Positions 16,526 through 26,629 of a DNA stretch of 50,430 nucleotides are shown here, in pieces (within the stretch, counting starts at the first letter, position 1; every line of letters starts with the position of its first letter). This DNA comes from Candidatus Micrarchaeota archaeon. Its GTDB lineage: Archaea > Micrarchaeota > Micrarchaeia > Micrarchaeales > CABMGC01. The DNA is taken from positions 1 through 50,430 of the forward strand of contig JAJZJB010000002.1 of NCBI GenBank assembly GCA_021810375.1, given 5' to 3'. Under the pieces are notes generated by a model. The model was given only the letters and a program-made list of their open reading frames with translations, was not told where the DNA came from and did no database searches. Position numbers and translations under genes: made by a program.

Positions 16526-17194
16526 ATGCTACTCATGAATAAAAGCAGGAAAGTAATTATTGTAGCCTCAACTGTCAGGAAGAGGATGGCTGGAGAGAGC
16601 ACAGGGCACGACTGGTGGCATGTCTACAGGGTTTGGAGGAACTCGCTATATATAGCGAGAGGTGAGCGTGGTGCAGACCTCTTCATCGTGCAGCTCGCGG
16701 CGCTACTTCATGATATAGCAGACTGGAAGTTCAGCAATGGCGATACAAAAAGAGGGGCGAAGGTTGCTAGGGAGATACTGAAGCGTGCTGGCGTGGACGA
16801 AAAATCAATAAGACAAGTGTGCCATATCGTGGAGAACGTCTCGTACAAGGGTGGATTCGGCATTGCTCTCGATACCAGGGAGGGCAGGATAGTTCAGGAT
16901 GCAGACCGGGTTGATGCGCTGGGAGCAATAGGTATTGCCAGGGCCTTCGCTTATGGAGGCTCCAGAGGCAGGGAGCTTTACAATCCTTACATAAAGCCCA
17001 GGAGGTACAGGAACTTCGAGGAGTTCAAGAGATCTAGCGGCAGGTCCACCACCATAAATCATTTCTACGAGAAACTCCTTCTTCTGAGGAAAAGGATGAA
17101 CACGCGGACTGGAAAGGAGCTTGCTATGGAGAGGGAGAGGTTTATGCGCGAATATCTTGAGAGGTTCTATAAGGAATGGAAGGGGACCGTATGA
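16526..17194 (+). CDS. HD-domain metal-dependent phosphohydrolase
   Basis: HDWWHVYRV, LAALLHDIADWK and QDADRVDALGAIGIARAF match the HD superfamily (YedJ-like) pattern. Confidence 0.8.
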   Translation: MLLMNKSRKVIIVASTVRKRMAGESTGHDWWHVYRVWRNSLYIARGERGADLFIVQLAALLHDIADWKFSNGDTKRGAKVAREILKRAGVDEKSIRQVCHIVENVSYKGGFGIALDTREGRIVQDADRVDALGAIGIARAFAYGGSRGRELYNPYIKPRRYRNFEEFKRSSGRSTTINHFYEKLLLLRKRMNTRTGKELAMERERFMREYLERFYKEWKGTV

Positions 17195-17649
17195 GAATAG
17201 CAGTATCGTCTGACGGTAAGAGCAGGCTGACACGGTATGTGATTGAATATCTCAGGAGCGCTGGTCATAACGTAGTGCTGTTCGGAGCCCTAAGGAAGAA
17301 GAATGCAGAGTGGGTCGAGGCCAGTTCTGTTCCTGTTGAGCAATTCATGGAGGGAAAGTTCGATGAGGTCATATTATTCTGCTGGACAGGTACCGGAGCG
17401 GCAATAGCAGCCAACAAAGTGCCCGGGATACGGGCTGCTCTGTGCACCGAACCTGATCAGGCGAGAGGGGCAAGGAGGTGGAACCATGCTAACGTGCTGG
17501 TATTGAGCATGCAGCTGACTTCAAACGCAAAGGCGAGAGAGATACTTGATGCGTGGTTTTCCGAGGAATACGGAACAACGCAATTCGACCTAAGGAATGT
17601 GGCGAAGTTGGATAAGCTGGAGAAGAAGTACATTAAGGGACGGCCATGA
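17191..17649 (+). CDS. rpiB: RpiB/LacA/LacB family sugar-phosphate isomerase (ribose-5-phosphate isomerase B-like)
   Basis: ILFCWTGTGAAIAANKVPGIRAAL...WNHANVLVLS. The start MRIAVSSDG overlaps the upstream stop. Confidence 0.7.
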   Translation: MRIAVSSDGKSRLTRYVIEYLRSAGHNVVLFGALRKKNAEWVEASSVPVEQFMEGKFDEVILFCWTGTGAAIAANKVPGIRAALCTEPDQARGARRWNHANVLVLSMQLTSNAKAREILDAWFSEEYGTTQFDLRNVAKLDKLEKKYIKGRP

Positions 17650-17942
17650 GGATATTCATCATTGTACACGGATTTGTGCAAGGAGTAGGGTATAGGGCCT
17701 TTGTGAAACGGATGGCAGATAGGTATAAAGTAAGCGGCATGGTGATGAATGCCAAGGACGGCAGCGTACATGTTCTTGCAGAGGCCGAGAAGAGCGTGCT
17801 TGAGCTTTTCAAGGATGCCATTTACGTGGATATGAAGAATGGACCGCAAGTGCAGCATATAGAGGTATTTCCTGAGGAAAGCAGAGAGTTCCCCAAGAGC
17901 ATGGACAGATACGAGGGCAGGTTCGTTGTTCTGGGCGAATAG
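17646..17942 (+). CDS. acyP: Acylphosphatase
   Basis: VHGFVQGVGYRAFV signature in a 98-aa ORF, with an ATGA overlap with the upstream gene. Confidence 0.85.
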   Translation: MRIFIIVHGFVQGVGYRAFVKRMADRYKVSGMVMNAKDGSVHVLAEAEKSVLELFKDAIYVDMKNGPQVQHIEVFPEESREFPKSMDRYEGRFVVLGE

Positions 17943-18587
17943 ATGACAAGATGGGAAGGATGGTACAAGAAGAAAGGGTTCCGGATAGAGCCGGAGATGC
18001 CGCATGTATATAGGCTTGTCGGCAAGGTTAGGCCAAGAGTCCTGGATCTGGGATGCGGGCATGGAAGGCATGTTATATATTTCGCAAGAAAGGGTTGTGC
18101 TGTTTACGGCATTGACAACTATTACAAGGCAATCGTAGGATTGAAACGGGACCTGGGCAGGCTAGGTCTCTCGGCTAATTTATTGGTGAGAGACTTCAGA
18201 AGGAAGCTTCCGTATCCAAACGGTTATTTCGACATAGTAGTTGCAACACGTTCAGTGCACCACGTTGATTCGAAGACGGTGTACAGAATAGGCAGGGAGA
18301 TATCAAGAGTTATGAAGAGCAGGGGCATACTGTTCCTGCAGGTGCCCGAGTACAAGGAACAGGGCAGCGCCAAAAGGTCACGGAATAGGTATGGAAAAGA
18401 TATGGGGCATAGATGGATAGAGCCACATACGTATGTGCCCCTCTCGGGATTAGAGAAAGGCGTACCTCATCTTTCATTTGACGAGGAGGAATTGCGGGGT
18501 TTCTTGAGGGGCTACAGGATATTGGGCTTGCACAAGGAAACCGGGCATTACCATGGATACTGCGCCATTGCAAGGAAAGTTAGTTGA
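17943..18587 (+). CDS. Class I SAM-dependent methyltransferase
   Basis: Motif I is VLDLGCGHGRH; the post-I region reads YGIDN. Confidence 0.75.
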   Translation: MTRWEGWYKKKGFRIEPEMPHVYRLVGKVRPRVLDLGCGHGRHVIYFARKGCAVYGIDNYYKAIVGLKRDLGRLGLSANLLVRDFRRKLPYPNGYFDIVVATRSVHHVDSKTVYRIGREISRVMKSRGILFLQVPEYKEQGSAKRSRNRYGKDMGHRWIEPHTYVPLSGLEKGVPHLSFDEEELRGFLRGYRILGLHKETGHYHGYCAIARKVS

Positions 18588-19899
18588 CAGTGTAGTCGCC
18601 TGCAAGCTGCGGTATCACTACATTGTATTTGTCCTTAAGTGACTCCTGGAACTCCTTCTGCTTTCCAGGTTCCCCGTGCACCAGGAATACATTCTTCAGC
18701 CCCTGGATCCTGCTCATGAAGCTCATCAGTTGCCTCTTGTCTGCGTGCGCGGAGAGGTGATACCGCTCTACAGTCATGCTTATATTGACCTTCTTTCCGT
18801 CTATGAATATTTCCTTTGCACCTTCAAGCAGGCGCCTTCCTATGGTGCCCCTTGCCTGGTAGCCTACGATTATGAGCTTGTTCTGCGGCACATTACCGCA
18901 CCTTTCCAGATACTTCATTATGGGTCCGCCGGTAATCATCCCGCTGGTGGTGACTATTATGCTACTCTCCTTTCCCTCCATTATCCTGCTCCTCTGCTGC
19001 CTTGTTGTCACGTTGTTGAAGTTCTTGCTCTTGAAAGGGTCGTCGTCGTTGAGCAGTATCCTCTTCTGGAGCTCGTCCCTGCAGTATATGACATTGTGCC
19101 GGTGTATGCGCATTGCCTTTCCTATCATGCCGTCCATGTATATGGGCACCTTCTGGAGTATGCCAGATCTCATGTAATCGTCAAGCAGCAGTAAGGTTTC
19201 CTGCGCCCTGCCTACGGCGAACGCCGGGATTATCGCCTTCCCGCCCTGCTTTATGGTATCGTTTATGCTTGCCACCATCATATCTGCTGTCTTCTTCTCC
19301 CCTTCAAACACATCGCTCTCTCCTGCATATGTGGATTCGGTGATCAGCGTGTCTGCCCTGAGATGCTCGGTGTATGCAGGGTCTAGCAACCTTGTTGTCC
19401 TGAAGTTTACATCTCCGGTGTAGAGCAGCCTGTGCTTGCCGTCATTGACCTCTATCATCGCACTCCCGAGGATGTGGCCCGCTGGCACCAATTTTATCGA
19501 AAGGTTCTTTATCCTGAATTCCTCGTGGTATTCCACGAGCTTGTGCATCTTCGTCATCTTCAGGATGCCTTCCCTCTTTATGTTCTCCGGGTTGGAGATG
19601 CGCACATAGTCGCTTATCAGCACGTTGGTAAGCTCGAACGTGGGCTTTATTGTATACGTATATCCCTTGTACCCTGCAGTATAGATGTGCGGCAGGTATC
19701 CGGAGTGGTCAAGATGCGCATGGCTTATCACTATGCCGTCTATAGTTGCCAGTTCGCTGTCTGGAAGAAGCGGGTATTCTGTATGTTCGCCGAGCTTTAT
19801 TCCAGCATCAAGCAGTATCCTAGTATCGTTTGACTCAACCATGATGCAGCTTCTTCCAACTTCACCGGCTGCGCCATAAAATGTTATCTTCAACTTCAA
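18580..19899 (-). CDS. Metallo-beta-lactamase / beta-CASP ribonuclease (aCPSF2-like)
   Basis: HAHLDHSGYLP (the HxHxDH motif). The roughly 440-aa length and C-terminal beta-CASP-like region fit, including SAHADKRQL. Confidence 0.8.
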   Translation of the reverse strand: MKLKITFYGAAGEVGRSCIMVESNDTRILLDAGIKLGEHTEYPLLPDSELATIDGIVISHAHLDHSGYLPHIYTAGYKGYTYTIKPTFELTNVLISDYVRISNPENIKREGILKMTKMHKLVEYHEEFRIKNLSIKLVPAGHILGSAMIEVNDGKHRLLYTGDVNFRTTRLLDPAYTEHLRADTLITESTYAGESDVFEGEKKTADMMVASINDTIKQGGKAIIPAFAVGRAQETLLLLDDYMRSGILQKVPIYMDGMIGKAMRIHRHNVIYCRDELQKRILLNDDDPFKSKNFNNVTTRQQRSRIMEGKESSIIVTTSGMITGGPIMKYLERCGNVPQNKLIIVGYQARGTIGRRLLEGAKEIFIDGKKVNISMTVERYHLSAHADKRQLMSFMSRIQGLKNVFLVHGEPGKQKEFQESLKDKYNVVIPQLAGDYTVN

Positions 19900-20585
19900 G
19901 CACCATCGTTGTTTCCGCCGTGTTTAGGAGTAGTATTGTCCTTTATGATCGCTATGTCAGCAAGGCTTATCTCAGCCGGCTTCGGCTCCTGTGACCTTCT
20001 CTCAGGTCTTGGCCCGGTCCTTGGCCGCCTCATCTGGCCGGTTATCCTCCTTAGGTTTGAATAGAGTTCATCAAGCTTCTTGTCCACCTCCGCTATCTTG
20101 GCCTCTATGTCAGCTATGTTCTTCGTAAGCTCCTCTATGTCCTTGTCTATGTACTCGACCTTCCTCTTGAGCCTGTAGCTCTTGAGGGCATCGTTCAACT
20201 GGATCTCTATCTCGTTCTTCTTCCTTATCAGGTCCTTCTCTGCCTCCAGGGTGAACGCCTCTGTTGCGATCCTGAACTCTATGCTCTCCTTCCTCCTCCT
20301 CAAGTATCCTATCTCCTTGGTGTTGTCCTTTGACATCGCTGCCAGTTTGGCCATCGCGGCCTTCTCGGCCAGCTTGTAGGAGAGCCTGTGCCTGCTCCTC
20401 CTTACGCTGTCTATTAGCGGCGGTATCTTTTTCTTCTCCTCGTCTATGCCCTTCCGTATCTCCTCAAGCTTAGCTGCCTGGGGATCTTTTGCGGTTTTCT
20501 CAGCAACAGCAGTCGGAGCTGGGGCTGCAGGATTTGCATTCGCAGCATGATTCTTTCCTTCCTGGTCAGTCAGTACATCGCCCAT
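19896..20585 (-). CDS. Archaeal coiled-coil protein (COG1340-like)
   Basis: Heptad-rich, K/E-rich sequence throughout, with a low-complexity N-terminus. Confidence 0.5.
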   Translation of the reverse strand: MGDVLTDQEGKNHAANANPAAPAPTAVAEKTAKDPQAAKLEEIRKGIDEEKKKIPPLIDSVRRSRHRLSYKLAEKAAMAKLAAMSKDNTKEIGYLRRRKESIEFRIATEAFTLEAEKDLIRKKNEIEIQLNDALKSYRLKRKVEYIDKDIEELTKNIADIEAKIAEVDKKLDELYSNLRRITGQMRRPRTGPRPERRSQEPKPAEISLADIAIIKDNTTPKHGGNNDGA

Positions 20586-21760
20586 TTAGATAACACGGAA
20601 TTGTAGGTGTCTAGCAATCTGTCGGTAGTCTTCTCTACAGAGAATTCCCTTGCAGTATTAATAGCATTCCTTCTATATGTCTCAGGACTATTTAAAACCC
20701 TTTCTATCTTGTTTGCGCACGTGGTATAATCGCCAGGGGCGAACCTTTCTCCGTTCTTCCCGTTCTTTATCAGATCTTTCAGTGCAAGATAATTCGCCCC
20801 GACCACCGGCTTTCCAGTAGCCATAGCCTCGAGGCACACTATTCCCTGAGTCTCGAATGTGGAAGGCATGCAGAACGCATCGGCTGCGGCATACAGGCTC
20901 GGCAGGTCCTTCTGGTCTACGAACCCCAGGAACTCAACTTTGTCGCGTATTCCGAGCCTAACTGCCATGTTTCTGTAGAGCTCCTCCGCGGGTCCTTTGC
21001 CACCGAGGACAAACCTTACTCTTTCTCCGCGTTTTGTAAGTATCCTGCATGCCTTTAGCATGACGTCCAGGCGCTTCTCCTTGCTGATCCTGCCGAGATA
21101 AAGTACCACTTTTTCCCTGCCTTTCACCCCTATGCGCCTCTTCATCTTTTCGCCGCTGGCTTTCTCGTTGAAACGCTTTATATCGACACTATTAGGAACT
21201 ACGGTAGTGTTGCTTATACCGTGTTTCTTGAGATATCTCATTATAGTTTCCGTCGGAGCGATGGTTACATTGCTTCGCATGTAGAAGAATTTCGTGTACA
21301 TCCACAGGTATTTCTTTGTAAAGTTCTTGAGGCCCTTGTTTCGCGGGTAATACTGGTTTATGACGCTCTTGTTGTTTATCATAGTATGGAAAGTGCTCGC
21401 TATCGGATAGCGCCCGAATTTCGAGGCGACCAGTCCGGCAAAGCCCATTACGAACGGGGTCTGGGCATGTATTATGTCTATAGAGAGATCCTTCAGCTTT
21501 GATGACGAGTTGAAGGGGAATATGGCAACGTTGTATTGAGGGTACGGCTTGAACCTTACGCCTGGATATACGAATACGTCCTTTCCAAGCCTCTGGCCTG
21601 GCTTGCCGCTGGTAAATACGTATACCTTGTTGCCGCGCCTCTCAAGCTCGGCCTTGAAGTTGAGGATTGATGATACGACGCCATCAACAGCCGGGAGATA
21701 AGAATCTGTATAAAAGGCGATGCTCAGTCTTTCCATAAAATCTTTTTGGAGCCATTTCAC
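20570..21760 (-). CDS. Family 4 (GT-B) glycosyltransferase
   Basis: N-terminal DGVVSSILN...; C-terminal FCMPSTFETQGIVCLEAMATGKPVV contains the EX7E motif. The start is either GTG 21760 or ATG 21736. Confidence 0.8.
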   Translation of the reverse strand: MKWLQKDFMERLSIAFYTDSYLPAVDGVVSSILNFKAELERRGNKVYVFTSGKPGQRLGKDVFVYPGVRFKPYPQYNVAIFPFNSSSKLKDLSIDIIHAQTPFVMGFAGLVASKFGRYPIASTFHTMINNKSVINQYYPRNKGLKNFTKKYLWMYTKFFYMRSNVTIAPTETIMRYLKKHGISNTTVVPNSVDIKRFNEKASGEKMKRRIGVKGREKVVLYLGRISKEKRLDVMLKACRILTKRGERVRFVLGGKGPAEELYRNMAVRLGIRDKVEFLGFVDQKDLPSLYAAADAFCMPSTFETQGIVCLEAMATGKPVVGANYLALKDLIKNGKNGERFAPGDYTTCANKIERVLNSPETYRRNAINTAREFSVEKTTDRLLDTYNSVLSKWAMY

Positions 21761-22155
21761 TCCAGTTTAACCGCTTCTCCGCCAGCCTGTTTTATCTTCT
21801 CTTCGGCCTTGGCAGAGAATCCGGTTGCCTTTACAACCGCAGGCTTTGCGAGTCTGCCATTCGAGAGGACCTTGTATCCACGCAGTTCGAGTGTGGGTTT
21901 TTCCTCCTTCATTGCCCGTACCATTGAAGAAACCTTGTCGAGGCTTATCTCGCTGAGCGCAATCCTTCGGGGCGGCTTGAATCCCGGAGTGTGTATCCTT
22001 TCCTTGTCGTATTTTACAGTATACGTCCACTTGCTCTTCCTGCCTCCTCTTCCTACACCCCCTCTTGCTCCGCTGCCCCTGTTGTTCTTCTTGTTCCCCC
22101 AGCCCCACGTCCTGGTTCCGAAGTATTTCCGGTTCTTCTTTACACGCAATACCAT
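21757..22155 (-). CDS. rpl15: 50S ribosomal protein uL15
   Basis: KYFGTRTWGWGNKKNNRGSGARGGVGRGG matches the uL15 N-terminal Gly/Arg motif. I moved the start to ATG 22155 to remove the 50-nt overlap with rpl30. Confidence 0.88.
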   Translation of the reverse strand: MVLRVKKNRKYFGTRTWGWGNKKNNRGSGARGGVGRGGRKSKWTYTVKYDKERIHTPGFKPPRRIALSEISLDKVSSMVRAMKEEKPTLELRGYKVLSNGRLAKPAVVKATGFSAKAEEKIKQAGGEAVKLE

Positions 22156-22159
22156 GTTA

Positions 22160-22585
22160 TCATGCCATTCTTGAGATAAGTTTGTTGATAGCGCTTCCGC
22201 GATATCCAAGAGCGCCTTTCCTGCTGAACGAGGCTTTTATGCCCTCGTATCCGTGCGTAGGGGGATGGAGCCGTATAGGCATGTCCACCACTTCCCTTGC
22301 GGCCTTCTTCCCGCTTGATATTGCAGCAAGGTCTTCCTTGCTGGCCTTAAGGCCGCGTTTTGTGAGCACCTTCTCGACAAGTGCGGAGTCGATCTCGCCA
22401 TATGTCACGTAATCGTTGCATTTTTTGATCATTCCAAGGTTTGACCTGGTGGACGCCAGCAGCACCATGTTGTTCGGGCTCTTAAGGTTAAGTCTCTTGA
22501 GCGTCTCGCTGATATCCTTCCTTACGCCTATCCTTCCGCGGACTCGTATAACTGCTAGTAATTTGTTCTCGGTTTCTGAAGCCAT
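22160..22585 (-). CDS. rpl30: 50S ribosomal protein uL30
   Basis: LLAVIRVRGRIGVRKDISETLKRLNLKSPNNMVL is typical of archaeal uL30. Confidence 0.88.
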   Translation of the reverse strand: MASETENKLLAVIRVRGRIGVRKDISETLKRLNLKSPNNMVLLASTRSNLGMIKKCNDYVTYGEIDSALVEKVLTKRGLKASKEDLAAISSGKKAAREVVDMPIRLHPPTHGYEGIKASFSRKGALGYRGSAINKLISRMA

Positions 22586-22736
22586 AAAATACGACCTTAT
22601 TCAGAAAACACAACGATGCCAATGGCATTCGTTTAATCTCAGGTATATATCAGCGATAAGGTATATAAGCGTATGTCTGCTCCGGCCCCGATAACCTTTT
22701 TATGCTTATATAGAGAGTGATTCCTGTAAAGATACC

Positions 22737-23516
22737 ATGCACATGAGAAGGCTCTATGTAATAGTTCTTGCATTGCTTTTCGCGCTCCCGTTAGGCAGCG
22801 TCTCGGCATACTACAACATAACTGCAATCAATACCACAGTGCTCCTGAACAGCAGCACTGGAGCGAGGGTAATAGAGACATATAGCATCTTCATAAGCAA
22901 TTCGTCAATAGCACAGTACGAAGCTAGCAGGGGTGCATACAATCTGAGCATAAGCGACTGGAGGAACATCCTGGATTCGCAGTTGCTCACCGAACACATA
23001 CTTAATCCAAGATCTGGCGCATCCAATGTGACATTCCTGCCTGGAGCGCTGATCCTGACCCCGCAGGGTGCGGCATCTGAGATAATACTAAGCTATTATG
23101 TATACAATGTGACAAACGTGCAGGAGATAGCCCCCCGAAAGTTCCTTTATACATTCAATGACTCTATGCTCAATTTTGAACACACGGCCAGCGGGCAGGA
23201 GCTTGGCCCTTCGGAGCGCTTCAACATAATAGTGCCGGAGGGCTCGCAGATAGTCTCGATATATCCGCTTCCCGACCTGCCGGCGGCATCTGTGACTGGC
23301 AGCTACTCGAATGACACGCTCTTCTCGTGGAATTCACAGGAGCCGCTCAACGGCTTTACCATGTCCTACATAACACTACAGACCCCGCAGGAAGAGGTGC
23401 TTTCGTATTTCGACGCATTATATAACAACAACAGGCAGCTTATCTACCTGCTCGGGATCATATTGCTTGGGGTCTTTGTGGCTTACGTATACCTGAAATT
23501 CGTAGTGCCGGAATGA
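22737..23516 (+). CDS. Secreted glycoprotein-like protein with a signal peptide and a C-terminal TM anchor
   Basis: MHMRRLYVIVLALLFALPLGSVSA is signal-like. There are many N-x-S/T sites, and the C-terminus has the TM segment LIYLLGIILLGVFVAYVYL. Confidence 0.5.
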   Translation: MHMRRLYVIVLALLFALPLGSVSAYYNITAINTTVLLNSSTGARVIETYSIFISNSSIAQYEASRGAYNLSISDWRNILDSQLLTEHILNPRSGASNVTFLPGALILTPQGAASEIILSYYVYNVTNVQEIAPRKFLYTFNDSMLNFEHTASGQELGPSERFNIIVPEGSQIVSIYPLPDLPAASVTGSYSNDTLFSWNSQEPLNGFTMSYITLQTPQEEVLSYFDALYNNNRQLIYLLGIILLGVFVAYVYLKFVVPE

Positions 23517-23525
23517 GGTGGAGCA

Positions 23526-24992
23526 TTGCACAGATATGAGAGAGCGATCCTTGATGGACTGAGGGGGAAGAAAGAACTAGGACTTGATGAGCTTGCCAGC
23601 AAGGCAGGCGTGGGCAGGGACGAGGCGCTCTGGGCCTTGGAGAGCCTCAGCGCGCAGGGATATGTTGAACTGGAGAAGGAGGACGTAATCGAGGCTACGC
23701 TCACCGACGAGGGTAGGGATTACGCTATGTCTGCGCTGCCGGAATCGTCGCTACTGGCAACACTGAGGGAAAGAACTCTTAAGGTTGATAACCTGAAAGA
23801 CAAGGAAAGGATAGGCTTCCAGTGGGCCAAGCAGAAGGGTTTTGTCACTATAAAAGACGGGCTTATACTTCTTGTCAAGAAAGGAATCAGTGCATACGAG
23901 AAGGGATTGCCTGAGGAACAGGTGCTCAAGGAGCTTGGAAAGGATCCTTCATCATATGCAAGTCTCTCAAAAAGGCATCCAGAAGAGATTGCAGAGTTAT
24001 CCAAGAGGCGGCTCATAGAAGTCAAGAAGAGGAATAAGGTAACCGGAGTGAGGATAACTGCAAAGGGAGAATCCGCAGATGAAGGAAAAGAGGGCATAGG
24101 CGGTCTGACAAAGAGCATGATAGCAAGCGGGGCATGGAAGGGAGTAGGATTCAAGAGCTATGACGTGAACGTACAGGTCGAGAGGTCGATGCCTGCAAGG
24201 AAACACCCGCTTATGCAGAATATAGATGACATAAGGAGGGCATACGTATCGAATGGTTTCAGGGAGATTTCCGGACCGGTCATAGATTCCGCATTCTGGG
24301 TCTTTGATGCGCTCTTTCAGCCGCAAGACCATCCTGCAAGGGATGCACAGGATACATTCTATCTCGAGGATATAGAGGAGCAAGAGATAAAGAACAAAGC
24401 GTACATAAACCGCGTCAAGAAAGCACACACGCAGGGGTGGCGTTATAAATGGAGCGTGGACACCGCCATGGAGCCTGTGCTAAGGACACATATGACGAGC
24501 ATATCGGTGAGGTATCTGTATGAGATGCTTGCTGGAAGTGGCAAGAATATGGATTACCCGGTGAAGCTCTTCTCTATAGGAAGGGTATTTAGGAATGAGA
24601 ATGTCGATTATAGGCATCTTGCTGACTTCTACCAGACAGATGGCGTGATAATAGGAAAGGATCTGACATTTGCAAACCTTTTCGATACAATAATAAGGCT
24701 CTACTCGTGGCTGGGCACTGAGATAAAGTTCAAGCCCGCATATTTCCCCTTTGTAGAGCCAGGAGTTGAATTGTACGCATACTCCAAAGGTCTCAAGGAA
24801 TGGATAGAGTTCGGCGGTGCGGGAATGATAAGGAAGGAGATAACAGGGGTAAGGCGGAGGAAACTTGTGGTGCTGGCTTGGGGTGTTGCGGTAGAGAGGC
24901 TTATGCAGATACGCGAGAATGGGGATGTGAAGAGCATATCGGAGCTCTACAACAATGGCCTTGGATGGCTCAGGAACAGGAGAATGATGTGA
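23526..24992 (+). CDS. pheS: Phenylalanine--tRNA ligase alpha subunit (archaeal type)
   Basis: HPARDAQDTFY, LRTHMTS, FSIGRVFRNE and FPFVEPG are class II motifs. It lies adjacent to pheT. Confidence 0.92.
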   Translation: MHRYERAILDGLRGKKELGLDELASKAGVGRDEALWALESLSAQGYVELEKEDVIEATLTDEGRDYAMSALPESSLLATLRERTLKVDNLKDKERIGFQWAKQKGFVTIKDGLILLVKKGISAYEKGLPEEQVLKELGKDPSSYASLSKRHPEEIAELSKRRLIEVKKRNKVTGVRITAKGESADEGKEGIGGLTKSMIASGAWKGVGFKSYDVNVQVERSMPARKHPLMQNIDDIRRAYVSNGFREISGPVIDSAFWVFDALFQPQDHPARDAQDTFYLEDIEEQEIKNKAYINRVKKAHTQGWRYKWSVDTAMEPVLRTHMTSISVRYLYEMLAGSGKNMDYPVKLFSIGRVFRNENVDYRHLADFYQTDGVIIGKDLTFANLFDTIIRLYSWLGTEIKFKPAYFPFVEPGVELYAYSKGLKEWIEFGGAGMIRKEITGVRRRKLVVLAWGVAVERLMQIRENGDVKSISELYNNGLGWLRNRRMM

Positions 24993-24996
24993 GAAT

Positions 24997-26625
24997 ATGC
25001 CAGTAGCAACTTTCAACAAGAAGTATCTTTCAAGCCTGGTAGGCAACTTGCCCGACGACAAGCTCTCAGAGGAAATAAACAAGCTTGGCATAAACATAGA
25101 AAAGCTCGGCGAGGATGAGATAAGCGTGGAGATATCCTCAAACAGGCCAGACCTGATAAGCGCCGTAGGGTTTGCAAGGGCGTTGCAGCTCTATTCGCAC
25201 AGGAGCAAGAGGTATAATTACGCGATCAGGGACCATGAGCCAGTAATAGAGGTAAACGTCGGCAGGGCGGTGAAGAAGGTCAGGCCTTGCATAGCATCAT
25301 TCGTGGTGATGGGATTGCGTTTCACCAACGAATCGCTGGCCGAACTGCTAAATTCCATGGACAAGTTCACGGATACATACGGCAGGGCAAGGAGAAAGAT
25401 AGCCATAGGAATGCACAACCTTGATGTAGTTGAAGGCAAGTTGACATATGATGCTTATGCAGACGGACGTTTTGTACCGCTCAATTCGAGCAAGGAGATG
25501 TCATACAGGCAGGTGCTTGAAGATACGGACAAGGGCAAAAAGTATGCAGGAGCATTGCAACACGGCAAGGCAATGCTCTATCCGGCACTGAAAGATGCAG
25601 TAGGGACCCTGGCGCTAATACCGATACTCAATTCCGAGAGGACAAAGGTAAGCGCATCGACAAGGAATGTATTGATAGACGTAACCGGCTACTCGGAATA
25701 CATGATAAACAAGACTGCAGACATGCTTGCTGCAATCTTCATAGATATGAATGGCGAGGTAAAGAGGGCCCGGATAAATTATCAGGACAAAGAAATGATG
25801 ACTCCAATGATGGAGACACGCGAGATAATGATGCCTACAAGAATGGCGGAGCGCGACATTGGGGTTGAGATAGGCCCGAATAACGTGGCGTCGCTGGCTG
25901 CAAAGATGGGCTACGATGCTGCTTACATAGGCAATAAGGTCAGATTCAATGTGCCCCCATATCGACTAGATGTCATAAACGAGCAGGACATAGTCGAGGA
26001 TATCGCGATAGCATACGGATACGACTACATAAACCCGGTGCCGATACGATCCGTCCTCTCCGGGCTGGCGGACCCAGCCGCAATCAGGCGCACTGGCGTG
26101 TCAGAACTTATGGTAGGCCTTGGATTCAACCAGATGATGAATTCCTACCTTACCAATGACACTATTAATTTCACAAACATGAGGATTGAGGGTAATGCAA
26201 CTGCAATACGCATAAAGAACCCTAAATCCGAGGCAATAACCATGATGAGGACGTGGGTTCTGCCCTCCCTGCTTAGGAACATTGCACTCTCGCTTAACGA
26301 GAAGACCCCGCTAAGCGTATTTGAATACGATATGGTTTTCTCGCTGAGTGGAAAGAAACCTTCAGAGGCATACCATCTCGCTGCCGCGTCTTCAGATCCA
26401 AAGGTCAACTTCAATGGAATAAAATCGGTTTTCGAGGCGCTCTCTTATACGCTCGGGCTTAGATGCAAGCTCGAGAGATACGGCCATGGAAGCTTTATAG
26501 AGGGAAGATGCGCTAAGGCAAGTGCAGATGGAAAGGCGATCGGGTTCTTCGGCGAAGTCCATCCCGAAGTGCTCAATGCATTTGGCATTGAGGAACCGAC
26601 AGTAGCAATGGAATTGGAGTTGTAG
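24997..26625 (+). CDS. pheT: Phenylalanine--tRNA ligase beta subunit (archaeal type)
   Basis: MPVATFNKKYL..., the 542-aa length and B3/4- and B5-like regions fit. It immediately follows pheS. Confidence 0.9.
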   Translation: MPVATFNKKYLSSLVGNLPDDKLSEEINKLGINIEKLGEDEISVEISSNRPDLISAVGFARALQLYSHRSKRYNYAIRDHEPVIEVNVGRAVKKVRPCIASFVVMGLRFTNESLAELLNSMDKFTDTYGRARRKIAIGMHNLDVVEGKLTYDAYADGRFVPLNSSKEMSYRQVLEDTDKGKKYAGALQHGKAMLYPALKDAVGTLALIPILNSERTKVSASTRNVLIDVTGYSEYMINKTADMLAAIFIDMNGEVKRARINYQDKEMMTPMMETREIMMPTRMAERDIGVEIGPNNVASLAAKMGYDAAYIGNKVRFNVPPYRLDVINEQDIVEDIAIAYGYDYINPVPIRSVLSGLADPAAIRRTGVSELMVGLGFNQMMNSYLTNDTINFTNMRIEGNATAIRIKNPKSEAITMMRTWVLPSLLRNIALSLNEKTPLSVFEYDMVFSLSGKKPSEAYHLAAASSDPKVNFNGIKSVFEALSYTLGLRCKLERYGHGSFIEGRCAKASADGKAIGFFGEVHPEVLNAFGIEEPTVAMELEL

Positions 26626-26629
26626 CAAG

